From positions 226,886 to 290,885 of the forward strand of contig NW_002060955.1 in assembly GCF_000150275.1 (NCBI RefSeq): a DNA stretch of 64,000 bases, in the 5' to 3' direction. Each line of letters starts with the position of its first letter. Position 1 is the stretch's first letter. This document shows positions 13,326 to 25,968 of the stretch, piece after piece. The notes under the pieces are model-generated. The model made no database searches and was not told where the DNA came from. It saw nothing but the letters and a program-made list of their open reading frames with translations. Source of the DNA: Trichoplax adhaerens (lineage: Eukaryota; Animalia; Placozoa). Position numbers and translations under genes: made by a program.

Positions 13326-16300
13326 ATGGCTAAGAAGATCGTAACAAACTTTGCTATCGACTTTTTAATTCAACCACCTGTTTTCTTTCGAGGCCAACCA
13401 ATTTCTGGGATTATTTCTATTTGTTTAGAAGAACCGATAGAAATCGAATGTCTAAAAGTTCGCATGGTCGGTAAAAGTCGAACTAATCTTGTATTTATGT
13501 CACATAAAAGTAATCCTAAATTTAATCAGGAAATTAAAGATGAAGAAACTTTTGTTGATCAATATCGAATTTTAGTGGGTAAAGGTAAGAGTAATAAGAG
13601 TTTAATACTTGTTATTAATCTACGTGTAGAAATTATTTCCAGTACAATTATTACTCCTTAACGCGTTCTTTGCCCCTACGGTTATTCACCAAACTCTTAA
13701 GATTTATCTCAGACCTTATGACCCATGTAAATTAAGTCCTACTGATTTTAATTGAATCAGATAAGCTAAATTATCTTAAAAACTATCCTATTATATACCT
13801 TAAACGTCCATAAACCAACAAAGAGACAGCATTTAAGTAATTGTGTCCTTAAATGAAATCAAAAATTCTTGGATTCATATTTTATCCAGATAAAATAGTG
13901 TAATATCGTCTTACGAGGATGTTGAAAATAGTTGTAGTAGTTACGGCTATCTCACATCGCCATTCTGATTTGAAAGCACAGGTATAAACTATTTTACTGT
14001 AGGAAAGTTTAATTAATAACAATTTATTCCCTACGGCAGTTAGTAATTCGGCACCCAAAGCTATTTTTGAGTAAAGTGAAAGTCATAGTATCGAAACTTA
14101 GCCATCTAATATTTGTCAAGTATTGCTTACTTGTACAATGTTATTTCATCTTTGGAAGCTCTTCTTTAAAACTTATTAAAATAAACTTTTCCTAAGAGAT
14201 AACGTCAAACTAAGATTCAGCTTCCAATAAACAAGATTGTATTTAAATAATTTTAGAATATACCATGATGGACCGTAAAGACATGCAGTATGATAGTGTC
14301 TACCACATGTAGTCCATAAAAACGCTTAATTCCTTTAAAATGTGAGGATTTCGAAGTCAAAGTTTGGAAAAAGGATCTAGAAAATGTTTGTCTATTAAAA
14401 TTTAAGCTTTCACTAGAAACAAATTTTTCTTTAAGGTGGTGTAAAATCTTACTGTACTATATGATACATCGGCAGGATCGTTTCTTTCTTCATTACAAGA
14501 TCATTCACTGCAACTATGTAAAGATATGTCAGTAATTTGCTCAAAACTAAATAACATTGATTGTTTGGTCCCATCACCCAGTACAGTCTATTTTGGTAGT
14601 CTTACGGGGTAGGTTGTTCAATAGTATAGTCAATTGAGGTATTTGATCAAATAATATAGTAGAATTTGGTTGCAGTAATTAATTAATAACACAGTTGATA
14701 GTAAAATGCTATAAGTTCGCAAACAAGTCATTGAACAGGAATCGCAGAGCGAGGTTCATTGCTTATAAAAATAATTATCGAAATCTGCCCTTTCTCCTAA
14801 ATTTAATACAATTTACATTTTAATTTTTTTGTAACAGAACATGAAGGGCGTCTATTATTACCTGCCGGTAAATCAGAATTCAATTTCAACTTTACGTTGC
14901 CTACAGAAAGTAAATTGCCATCGACATTTGAAAGTAGATCTTCAGAGGGTTATATTCGATATTCAATAGCCGCAGTATTGATGAGACCATGGGATACTGA
15001 CTATATCTCGAAAAGAGCTTTCACAGTCTTGGAAGAAATTGATGTCAATCAGCCAGCATTAAAAGTGAGAATGTTTCATTCAATTACCGTACAGATCTAA
15101 CCGTATAGTCATAAATTATTACTAGCAAAATATTTCTTCAGACTGTATCAAATTTGCAAATAACACTTTATAGTACGAGTAAAATGAGGAGTATTCATTT
15201 TCTGATCGTAATTAGTATCGTAAAATTCTAGTCAGAGTGTGTAACAGATTACTATGCAGCACTAAAACTCTATCAACAGGGTTTTAATTCTTGGTAATTC
15301 TACTATGTAATTGTACACTATACAGGTGCAACCACCAATACTAGAAGGCGAAACATCTGTTTGCTGCCATTGCTGGACTCGTCGATCCCTTAATCTAGCA
15401 ATGACAATCGATCGTAGTGGTTATTGCCCTGGTGAAGCTATTGTATTAAATGTAAGGTGTAAAAATACTTCAAATCGAATATTAAATGGCTTGCAAGTAA
15501 AATTATGTAGACGAACACAGTATTATGCTAAAGGTAAACACTAGTAAACCCATAACTCCAATAATTCAGAATAATCAATAGTATTCCACCATTCTTTTCT
15601 AAGTTTAACTTTACTTTTTATTTAGATCATGATCAAATTACTTATAAAAGCTACTATAGGCTTACCTCAGATAAACAAATTAACGTAGGTGAGACTTTTA
15701 TTTGGTCAAATCAATTAATCAGGATTCCATGTATATCACCAAGTATCAACTCTGCAAAACTGATCAAAGTGAACTACGAACTTCGGGTTAGTGCCTATGT
15801 TATTTGATTATTCTATTTTAAATCACTCTCTGTATTTGTCAAAGGATTTAAATTGTATTTCTTGATAATTAGAATGATTGCACTGCGTATATTCCATCAA
15901 GGCTACTGTTCATTTACTTGCATTGCACTAAGTAAAGTAAGATATAGCGGTACCCTTTGTAAATTGTCGATTTCTCGATATATGATCAGGCCAATTAACT
16001 CTTAGTAGCATTACAGTTAAATTATATCTTGTGAGGTCAATTTTATTAAAATTAATAGATTATGGCTGACAGTTAATCCTTTAAGTAGAGAGCTCAGATC
16101 TATACTTAATTTGGTCTGAATTTTATCCTCACTACGTAAATTTATTAAATTAAAACAATTATTGCAGTAAAAGCCATTCATAGTACAATAGTGGCTTACA
16201 TAAAATATTTAAAAGCTGCGAGGAGTACGAAAAGATTTTGACATTATCATCCTTAGCTTATCTTAAAACATCTAAAGATTTTGCTACTATAAATCTAAAG

Positions 16301-16858
16301 ACAGATATTTATGAAAATGACTTGCATAACACTTCTAGAGCTTAAATAACCTGATTTATCAATATTTATAGCAGATACTATTGACGTTCGAAAACGAAAA
16401 TAAATTGATTTCATTAAATTATTTTCTATTCAAAATTGTTAAGGTTTCTGTTAAAGTTCCGTATGATACAGACTTTAGAGCTGTTATTCCGATAGTTATT
16501 GGCACTATCCCTTTAGAAGTACAAACACAATCAGGAGGACCTATACCTATCCGCGCATTCTATGATGATACATCCAGAGCAGGTCAGAATTTCCGAATTG
16601 AAAGCAACATTAATATTGTATAAAATGCAGCAATCCTTACTCTATTTTCTCACAACATTATTATATATCACGTTGGTATAATTGAATGATTTAATGATGA
16701 ATTCATTTATTGCAGGGGCTTATAGACTAGATACCAATTATTCAAAATGTGTGGATGGAACCGTACCTATCCACAAAGTAAAATCGACTTTCGGTCAGCC
16801 TAATTACATTCCGTATTATCCATTTGTTCGAAATTATCGGCCACCCTTAACTAATTAA
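13326..16858 (+). CDS. Alpha-arrestin paralogue 3; exons 13326-13584, 14838-15064, 15326-15533, 15626-15786, 16444-16582, 16716-16858; ~378 aa; no PPxY
   Basis: Spliced 1137-nt open CDS. Motifs: VFFRGQPISG, LPSTFESRSSEGYIRY, RPWDTD, VCCHCW, DRSGYCPGE, IPIVIGTIPL, YIPYYP. Confidence 0.93.
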
Positions 16859-19606
16859 CTTATTAAGAGTAATTTTGTTTACTAATCAATCCACATATTG
16901 TTATTACGGTTAAACTCTCCTAAAGTAGGCGATCGCTTACGTAATGATTTTATGATTAATATCATCATAAACGTGGTGAGCTAACATATGAAAGATCCAT
17001 TTGCAACTGCTTTTCTAGAACCTTAAATGGCGGTCAAACAATCGCGTACTATATACAATTACTGTTATTTCATCATTTAATGTACCTATTTTACCGTTAG
17101 ATATAGTATAGATATTGCTTATTTTTAAAGTACTACCAAGTAAGGCTATTTATAAGCTAGATTTCAAAATTATACAGTCTCTAAATAGAATACCACTGAT
17201 CTTAAATCATCTTGTGAATTCGCTGATAGCTAGGAGTACTGCGAATGAAACTCTATTATACTATTTGAATGGGAACTTTACTAGTCCTAATGTATAAATT
17301 GCAAACTGAATCAATTGAAAATTCTGTAGGCTGAAATGAAGAATACTGATTCAGCAAATTTAAATGAGATGAATAAACTGAATATTATTTCAATATCCAT
17401 TTTTCAATCCAACAATTTAAGAGTCGCTGCTAATTTCTAACAGCTATTCTTTCAATTTAGAATTTACACTATTATACTTTAGATATCCATGAGTATACTC
17501 TTAATGCATTTATTAATACCGATTGCGATTAAGCCTTTACATATTTTTTTTTCACGTAAATGAATTTATTATAGTTACCGCAATTTAACCCTTGGCCTAT
17601 AAGGATATTAACGTGAATTTATGATACTCGACCTAATTTAATTGTTTTCTTACCAAGCCTATAGTATAGATGATATTGTACAAATATCATATACTTGGTG
17701 ATTTTCTGGTAATTTCAATCCCCCCCTACCTTCATTCAAATCTGGAAAGCTTTATATACTCTCCCAGAGTTACTCCAGTTGAGTACCTTTTTAATGTTTA
17801 CAGTTCACTTCAAAAATAAAAAATAGGTGCCTACGGAAAGGAATATCTTGTTTTATTGTAGTGTATCCTCGCATTCTATAGCAAAACTCTGCATTAACCT
17901 CGTTCACAGAGGTCTGTTCTACAGTAATCGCTTCCCCACCGATGCTTGATGATATTAAGGTCAAAAGTAAATACCTCTATGCTAGATCATATATTGTGCT
18001 GTCGTACTATATAATGGCATAACTTTCCATACCTGCCTATTTCCATGTTACGGTCTATCGTGCAGCAACGATTAACTTCAGATTAAAATTTAAAAAATTA
18101 TTCTAAAATTAAGTGTATAGAAATGTTGCATTTTACTGTAATAGTAATTTAGATAGTCCTTGGTAGTTGTAGGACGAACCTAATTTATATAATAAAGTAG
18201 AGTTTACAAGAAACTGTAGTTCTTGTTTTATTATCACTAGCCCTTGTTCACTTGATAATTTCACCAATGATAAACAACAAGGATCTTGACTCATGACGGA
18301 ACTGCTATCAACAAGGCTACTAGTGTAGTCAATGAATAGTATCGCTATAATGATGTTGTGTAGTTTGTAGTACTGTTGTCAAAATTATGGAGCTAGTCAT
18401 AACAAGTAAATACAAGCATGGTCATGTTATTAGTATAAAGGATGAAAGGAAATTTCATGTTCAGTTTCGTAAGAAGCTATAGTAATTGTAGAATTTCGCT
18501 CTTATACTGAGTCTAGAAGTTAATCGATGTTGTTCAGTAATTCCTGCTTATGATCTATTAATTGTAAACAGGTTAGCTAAGGATAGAAGCAGTTAAGGTA
18601 ACGCATTAGGGTTTGTCATTTGTACTTGAGATTATAGTCTGCAGTTGAAAACTTTTGTTAACAAGAACCCCCGTCCTACACTGTTTTACTCGGAATCGTT
18701 TGGGATTAGAACTATTCGAGAATTACAAAGAAAAGATTTATGACAATCGCAGACATTAAAAGTCATGGCGTAAAGCTTATGATTTCAAGACTGCATTTTT
18801 AACTGTATACTACTGTTTTGCTGAGGTAGTTTGCTGTACAACCAGGTCAGTGTTTGAGTGGAAGAGTTGGGTAAACCTTAGACCTGATCATATCGATCCT
18901 TATTTGAGATCTAGTAAGCTAACAAGATCAAGAAAAATCACCCCTAGTACATAAATCAAGTCGCTACCTGTAATAAATGCGTCTCACAATAACTATCTCA
19001 GTCAAATGGTATTTTTTAAAAGGCTTTTATTACAAGGTTGTGGGAATAGTTGAGCAATAATTAATTACTACAAGAATCTTGTCTAAAATCTAAAGTATTC
19101 CCAGTTCAAAGCGAAGTGAAGTCTCTTCTCCTTCGTGAGCTCATCTCTGTAGTTCTTATAAACATTTCGTTAAATGCATCGATGGCAACTTGATTCATCT
19201 ACAATCAGACATGAGTCATCAAACAAAACACGTTTCTCAAATAGTACATCATTACCTTTTACAATCTAAATCATTCCACTTCAAAGATCTCTACACTTCT
19301 ATTAACGTCTAGCCCCTTTCTCCGAAGGGCATCTTAACCACTACAGTGTTTCTAGCTACATCCATCTTGTAGCATAATTAGTCAACTGATTACTATTAGT
19401 CGTCAACATTTTCTAATATAGTAGTTAGCAATCATCTAATATTAGCTTTACGATAATGTCTATTCAAAGCAACCTAACTATATTAAATACAGCTATCCGT
19501 ATAATCCAATATGGATGAATCACTATACTACCTTTCATTGCAGTTTACGGCCATGACCCAGTCTATAGTGCACTGTTTTGTTAATGCATTTGCTACTTAA
19601 CATCTA

Positions 19607-20188
19607 TCAACTTACGCCAATCTTTCCAATTCTCTTATCCAGTTGATCTATTTTCGTCCAACCGAACAATGCTAGTTTTAGATATATTTGCGCTGTAGCA
19701 TAACTGTAGAGTAGACTGTCAATGGGAAGGAAAAGGAAATATAATTAGTCAATTGGCTAATATTCGCCAATCTTTCCAATTCTCACATCCTGTTGATCTA
19801 TTTTCGCCCAATGAAACAATGTTAGTTTTAGATATATTTGCGGCTGTAGCACAACTGTAGAGTAGACTGTCAATGGGAAGGAAAAGGAAACATAATTAGT
19901 CAATTGGCTACTATTCGCCAATCTTTCCAATTCTTACATCCTGTTGATCTATTTTCGCCCTATGGAGCAATGTTAGTTTTAGATATATTTGCGGCTGTAG
20001 CACAACTGTAGAGTAGACTGTCAATGGGAAGGAAAAGGAAACATAATTAGTCAACAGGCTACTATTCGCCAATCTTTCCAATTCTTACATCCTGTTGATC
20101 TATTTTCGCCCAATGGAGCAATGTTAGTTCTAGATTTATTTGCGGCTTTAGCACAACTGTAGAGTGGGCTGTAAATAGGAAGCAAAAG
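19607..20188. repeat. Tandem repeat, ~4 copies of a 150-151 bp unit
   Basis: Anchor cgccaatctttccaattct at 19615, 19765, 19916 and 20067; copies are highly similar. Confidence 0.95.
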
Positions 20189-20723
20189 TATTGGAAACAC
20201 TCGTTGCTACCAGCGTTGTCGCTGTCCTATCATCAAATCCAACTATGTTCAAATGGGTAAGCAAAGAAATTGAATTTTAGCTGTACATGAGGTAGTACAT
20301 AATGCACAGTAGTATGCAATACTCCGCAATCCCCATGGCGATGATGTTACGCCCCATAACGACGATGGCCATGGCGATAGTGTACCGATCGACTGTACAG
20401 GAAACTAGTATCAACAGTGATTAACATTGCATTAACGTCTATAGTGTAATTTCCTGTTGAAGGGCGTTAACCCTTCGAGCTGTAATTAATTAATCAATCG
20501 CAGCTAATATTGACTTGGAGTCCAAAATAAAACACTCCAGAATTTATTCCTGCAGGACCGGCAACGATAATTATAGCACAAGTTTTCGTTAATCTTTCTT
20601 CATCATTACCGCAAGATTCAGCACCTCTACTTGCCAAGCTTTGCCAAGACTGATGGTATCTATCCTTTGGAAGTAACACTAAATGATTCATTTTTACCTT
20701 AGAGTGCTACCAATTCAATCCCG

Positions 20724-23250
20724 ATGACGGTGTTACAAGCTTTAGACATTGTCTTGTCAGACCAGATGGCAATCTATTTTCCTGGCCAAACCGTCGAAGG
20801 GGTGATCATTGTCCATATTAGCGAAGCGATGAAAATGCGTAGTATCAAAGCATCCATTTTAGGTTACTCGTATACTGCCATTGAAGACCCTGGTGGCCTT
20901 CGCTTGGGTGTTCTATTTACACGAGAAAAAGAAAAGCACTTAGATGAGACCATGGTAGTATGGGGAGATGGTAAGAAACTGTCCATGTCTAACCCTATCG
21001 TTCATTAACAACAATCAATCACACATGTATACTGTACTCATGGAAGTTTTTACAACCGATGGACAATCCATACTTCCATTGAATCTAGTTATCAATGTTA
21101 CCATTACTCGATCATGCCTTGCAAGTGGCTACAATAAGTAGACATACACCGTGCTGGTAAAGTAGTGTAGTACTACAATTGCATACTTTAAATAAATGTC
21201 TGCAATGGGAAGATCATAGTAAGTTAAAATTGAGCAGTCTCGATCAATTAATGCCATATTGTGAACCAGTGAGTTATCTAAACAGCACAGGGAATAATAG
21301 TTCCAGTTAGTACAGCACAGGGAATAATAGTTCCAGTTAGTATAGGTACAAAGAATAAAATTATATATCATACTAATGTAAAAGTCACAAGGCAAAATCA
21401 AAAGAGTGCCACTAAAGTGGATCGCTGTAATATGACCCATGATTTTATTTTATACTGTACCTTTGACTGTATTAGCGAAATTGAAACACTGTTATTATCC
21501 TTTGATTCAATAGCAAATGGGTCAGAAGATGTGCTGGCAGCTGGAAAATATAACTTTAATTTTCAATTTAAGTTACCCAATGATGCCCAATTACCATCGT
21601 CGTTTGAGTACAGAACAAGCCACATTAGATATGAGATCATGGCGACAATTGATAGGCCATGGAAATCGGATCACTTGTCGAAGAGAGCATTTACATTTTT
21701 ACAGATCATTGACGTCAATAAACCTCCTCTCTCGGTAAGTTAATTAATAAGTGATTGCTTTATTAATTAAGCCATTCAATAACTCAACGCCAAATCAGAT
21801 AAAATAAGCGATAGATGTTTGGATAATTTTCCCCCCTTGTATGGTTGAAGTTGTACCTAGTTAAATGAAAATCGTATGTGTTTAAATGGGAGTTGGGCTG
21901 TTTTTTTCGTTCTGAACTTTGACCAATTATTCATATGAACTAACTGGAGTTATACGATACTATACTTTAACATCGAACACCAATGGATATGACGTTGTCT
22001 ATTTTGTCTAATACAGTAGAAGCCTTTAATTGAATTAAAATTGTTTCTTATCCAATTCCGCTTGGTAAAATAACCATCGTAATTCATGATAATAGTAAAG
22101 CATCCATAAAGGTTTATGCAGTTGCTTTTAGTCAATACAATCGACGACCTAAAAGAAGCTGCTACATTTTATACCATAGCAACCACTTCCACCAAAAGAA
22201 GCTGAAACATCCATTTGCTGTCTATGCTGTACTTCTGGTCCGATTACACTTAAAGCAAGCATCGATCGATCTGGTTATTGTCCCGGAGAATCAATTTCTT
22301 TAAAAACAGAATGTATCAACAACACAAACACAGATATGGAAGGTATCCAAGTGCGTCTCTACCGAATCGATTCACGAACTGTTCCAGGTTTATCTTTAAT
22401 AGAATAAATTTCTATTTCAAGTCATGAACAGTAGCCCTAAACCATTTTGTATACATTACTTTAAGTATACAAAGTAATTTATGCAAAAGGGTTCTAGCTT
22501 ATAAACAGTGGTAGTCGCATTATTGTTATGATATGTCTATTTTATTGATTTGCAACGAAGGTCGCACGATAATCCATAACGAAATATACAGCAAGCTTTG
22601 CTCCGATCCGATAAAAGAGCTGCAAAACTTTACTTGGAATCCAGCAATAACAGTACCAGTGGTTGCACCAACCATCAACACCTCCAAATCGATTACAGTT
22701 TCTTATGAATTGCAGGTTTCCAATTATGTCTTAGCTGATCCATTTCATGTTACATAGCAATGAAGAGTATTCGTTTATTTACGGTATGCTTTTTTTCAGG
22801 TATCTCTCACAGTCCTTTCTGGAAACACGTTAGAACTGAAAATTCCCATCACTATTGGAACCATTCCATTGCATGTAGCTGCGCCTAATATCGCAAATCC
22901 ATCACCTGGTCAGTCGCCACCTGATGTTCCTCCATCCTGTAAGTACTGACAATTAGTGTATTCTATTCTTGATCCTAGGTAGATTTCATTCGGTTCAAAT
23001 TTAATACGTGCTTGAATATTTATTTGTAGACGATGCCATTCATGAAGCAGTATCATATGATTATATGGAATGCGTTGATGGTCCGTATGAGTTAAAGGAA
23101 ATTGACAGCCGTGAATATGTAACCTACAAGCTATCATTTGCACCTTTGTATCCTTGCGTTAAAAGTAGTTTACAAGCCAACAACTCTCCTGTTACTAACC
23201 AGCCCACAACAACACATGTAGATGATGTTGCGATCAGTACCAACCAATAG
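20724..23250 (+). CDS. Alpha-arrestin paralogue 4 (most canonical); exons 20724-20970, 21514-21734, 22180-22387, 22561-22715, 22800-22938, 23030-23250; ~396 aa; PPSY split by intron 5
   Basis: Spliced 1191-nt open CDS. Motifs: IYFPGQTVEG, LPSSFE...IRYEIMATIDRPWK, ICCLCCTSGPITL, DRSGYCPGE, IPITIGTIPL, VPPS|Y, FAPLYP. Confidence 0.94.
21283..21342. repeat. 30-bp direct tandem duplication in intron 1 of arrestin 4
   Basis: cagcacagggaataatagttccagttagta at 21283 and 21313. Confidence 0.9.
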
Positions 23251-24114
23251 CTGAATCGACTAAACAGAACATCATGACCAAGTAATGGTTACAATTAAAA
23301 TTTTTTGAATTAACAAAATTGTTAATCAATTGGTTGATAATTAATCATTTCGATAGAATATGCACATAATTCGATTCAGATATAATAGGTAAAGGTAACT
23401 TGGCCTAAATATCTTATTATTAAGCATCATCCTCTAATTTATCGCATTAAAATCTTCCATTGAGCCATCTCAAAAACTTTATCTAGTTATCTATAGCAAT
23501 GATCAATTTTCCCTACAGAAGACAATAATTGGTTAGTTAAAATGTTGTATCGATGATGGAGTACACCATCCTTGTACGCTTGAAGTCTTTGATATAGTTC
23601 ATATTAAAAATGAAATTTTTCAAAACAATTCTGACAGATAGCAACATTATAAATTTGCATGTTATCATGGATTAAAAAATAGAAATTATTATGTAAATTA
23701 AATCGTTCTACCATCTAATATGTTGATAATTTTTTAACCTAGTCAAAAATAATCGCAAATAAATAAATCCTCAGATGTTATTTTAAGCTACATCTGAGTT
23801 TTTAAGTTCTATCTAAAAGTCCTTACATGTTATTTGAGCCACGGTTATTTTGTAACGTCTTGTCGCATAAATGCTTTTAGTGGTAGCTACAATGAATTTC
23901 GAGGTATGACGGACATCATCTTAGCTAAGGTAGCTCCTTTGCGTTGAATTCGTGTGCACTATTTTGTATCAGAACACCTACTTTATCTCAAGCGAGAGAA
24001 ATTAAATCACTGGAAATTGTTCCTTCATCCATGTCACAAAGTTTGGTATTGGAGATCATGCTATTGGCATCTTAATGCACAGGACTGATATAAATTTTAC
24101 GCATACAATACAGC

Positions 24115-24495
24115 AGAAATCATCAAAACTTTAACATAGCGAGATTAGCATTACCTGAAAGTTATTATTGTAGAGGAGCTCCGATTGCATCCAAAGTATC
24201 ACTATAATAACATCAGGATATCAAATACCCCTCAAAATCAGCTATCATCAAACTTGAACATCGCTAGATTAACATTACCTAAATGTTAATATTGTAGGCG
24301 AGCTCCGATTGCATCCAATATATTATTATAATAACATCAGGATATCAAATACCGTTCTCAATCAGCTATCATCAAAACTTGAACACAGCGCGATTAATAT
24401 TACTTGAATATTAATATTATAGGGGAGCTCTGATTGCATCCAATATGTTATCATAATAATATCAGGATATGAAATACCGTTCAAAATCAGCTATG
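24115..24495. repeat. Tandem repeat, ~3 copies of a 124-125 bp unit, possibly a decayed TPR-coding repeat
   Basis: Anchor gagctcYgattgcatccaa at 24176, 24300 and 24425. Confidence 0.9.
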
Positions 24496-25968
24496 GTATG
24501 CAACAGGCACCAGCATGCAATGCTCAATATTTTATCTACGCGATATTTATTGCCTTTAAGCAGAGATTTCGATTTTATTGACCTACACTTACAGTAGCTC
24601 TTAGGTATCACTTGATGTGTCTTTGCCTTCCATTTTTTGAAGGTCACTTGATCTCCCTTTAACATAAAACGCTTTATATTAAAGGCAGCCATCTCAGAAT
24701 CACTCTTACATAATAAACAGACGATCAATCTACTTTTTTAAGTTATTTCAAGACTGTATTGCGATCAGCTAGAAACTAGATGGTAGGCATAGTGCAACGA
24801 AAGCCAAAGATACAGCTGCCGTAGACATTGGAAACGCAAAGAGTCCTTGCTGTCAATTTTCCACATTATTTCAAGAGCCAAGAAGAGATCCTGAACATGA
24901 AGACTTGAAAGAGGCAATCATCAGCTGTATCCCACAAGGTGAAGATGTTGGTGCTGGAGATGTTTACCCTGGTGATGTGCATAGTTAAAATAGCGTTTTG
25001 ATCTAGCTATACAGTTAAGTCATCCAATGTCATCAACAGTCCTATGCCACAAACTGCGAAATAAGGAAGCATTAAGCCCTAACTACCAATAGATAATAAG
25101 AAAGATATTGAATAGCATTCCCTAAATATATTCTATTTTTATTTGTTTACTATGTCGATGAATTAGTTATTACTTTTAGTTAAGAAACAATCACTTTAAT
25201 ACATCCGCATGGAGCATCTACTGCCTATACTTCTAGAAGTTGCTGATGATACTCCGTGGTGGTCTTTCAGTGTTTACAACACCGATGATAACGATGGTGT
25301 TGCTGATATGACGAAAAGTGTGATTGGATTGGCACCAATATTTCTATCTGTAAGCATAACTCGAGATTGGTGTTAACACATGATGAGCAAGTTATGCAGT
25401 AAAATCCATCTTCGCCATTTTCAGCATCGATAGTATACAGTCGTAGGCCATCCCATGTTGATTAACAGCTGTCCACTGGTCTGCACTATACAGAGACTAC
25501 AGACTAGACATTAAAATGCAGAAAAGATTCCTGCCCCAAAGGTAATAATGGATCAGATTTAATCATGTCCAACAACGAAGTCTCCTGATATGTATGAATC
25601 ATGTTGCTATTCTTGTTGATATAATTCTAGGATATAATTCAACTAATTACAGTATTCTTGGACTGGAAAGGTGATTGACGATTGTTATTCTTTAGCACCT
25701 TGCCACACCGTACGGTTCTATTGATTCCGGGTTGGACTTGTCATTCTCCTTCCTCTTGGGGCGGTATCTTCCACGATGATGAGTGGAGGCTGGAATCGTT
25801 TATAGTTTATGAGCATATATATGTATATACAGTAGTATGCGATCAAGAGGTTAATAAACATTAAAATTCCTCTTGCCGTGAATCATAATGCAGTAGCAAT
25901 CGATAGAGCATGATTGCGATCGCAGTGAGTGAAGACAGCACAGCATAAACTACAGTACAAGAGAGAAA

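Noticed and set aside
18700-18955. Near-open plus-strand frame (GLELFENYKEK...YCFAEVVCC...DHIDPYL) with one stop
   Set aside because: No recognisable family, splice context or partner exons.
19607-20188. CRISPR-like array
   Set aside because: Whole 151-bp units repeat with no unique spacers, there are no cas genes, and the context is eukaryotic.
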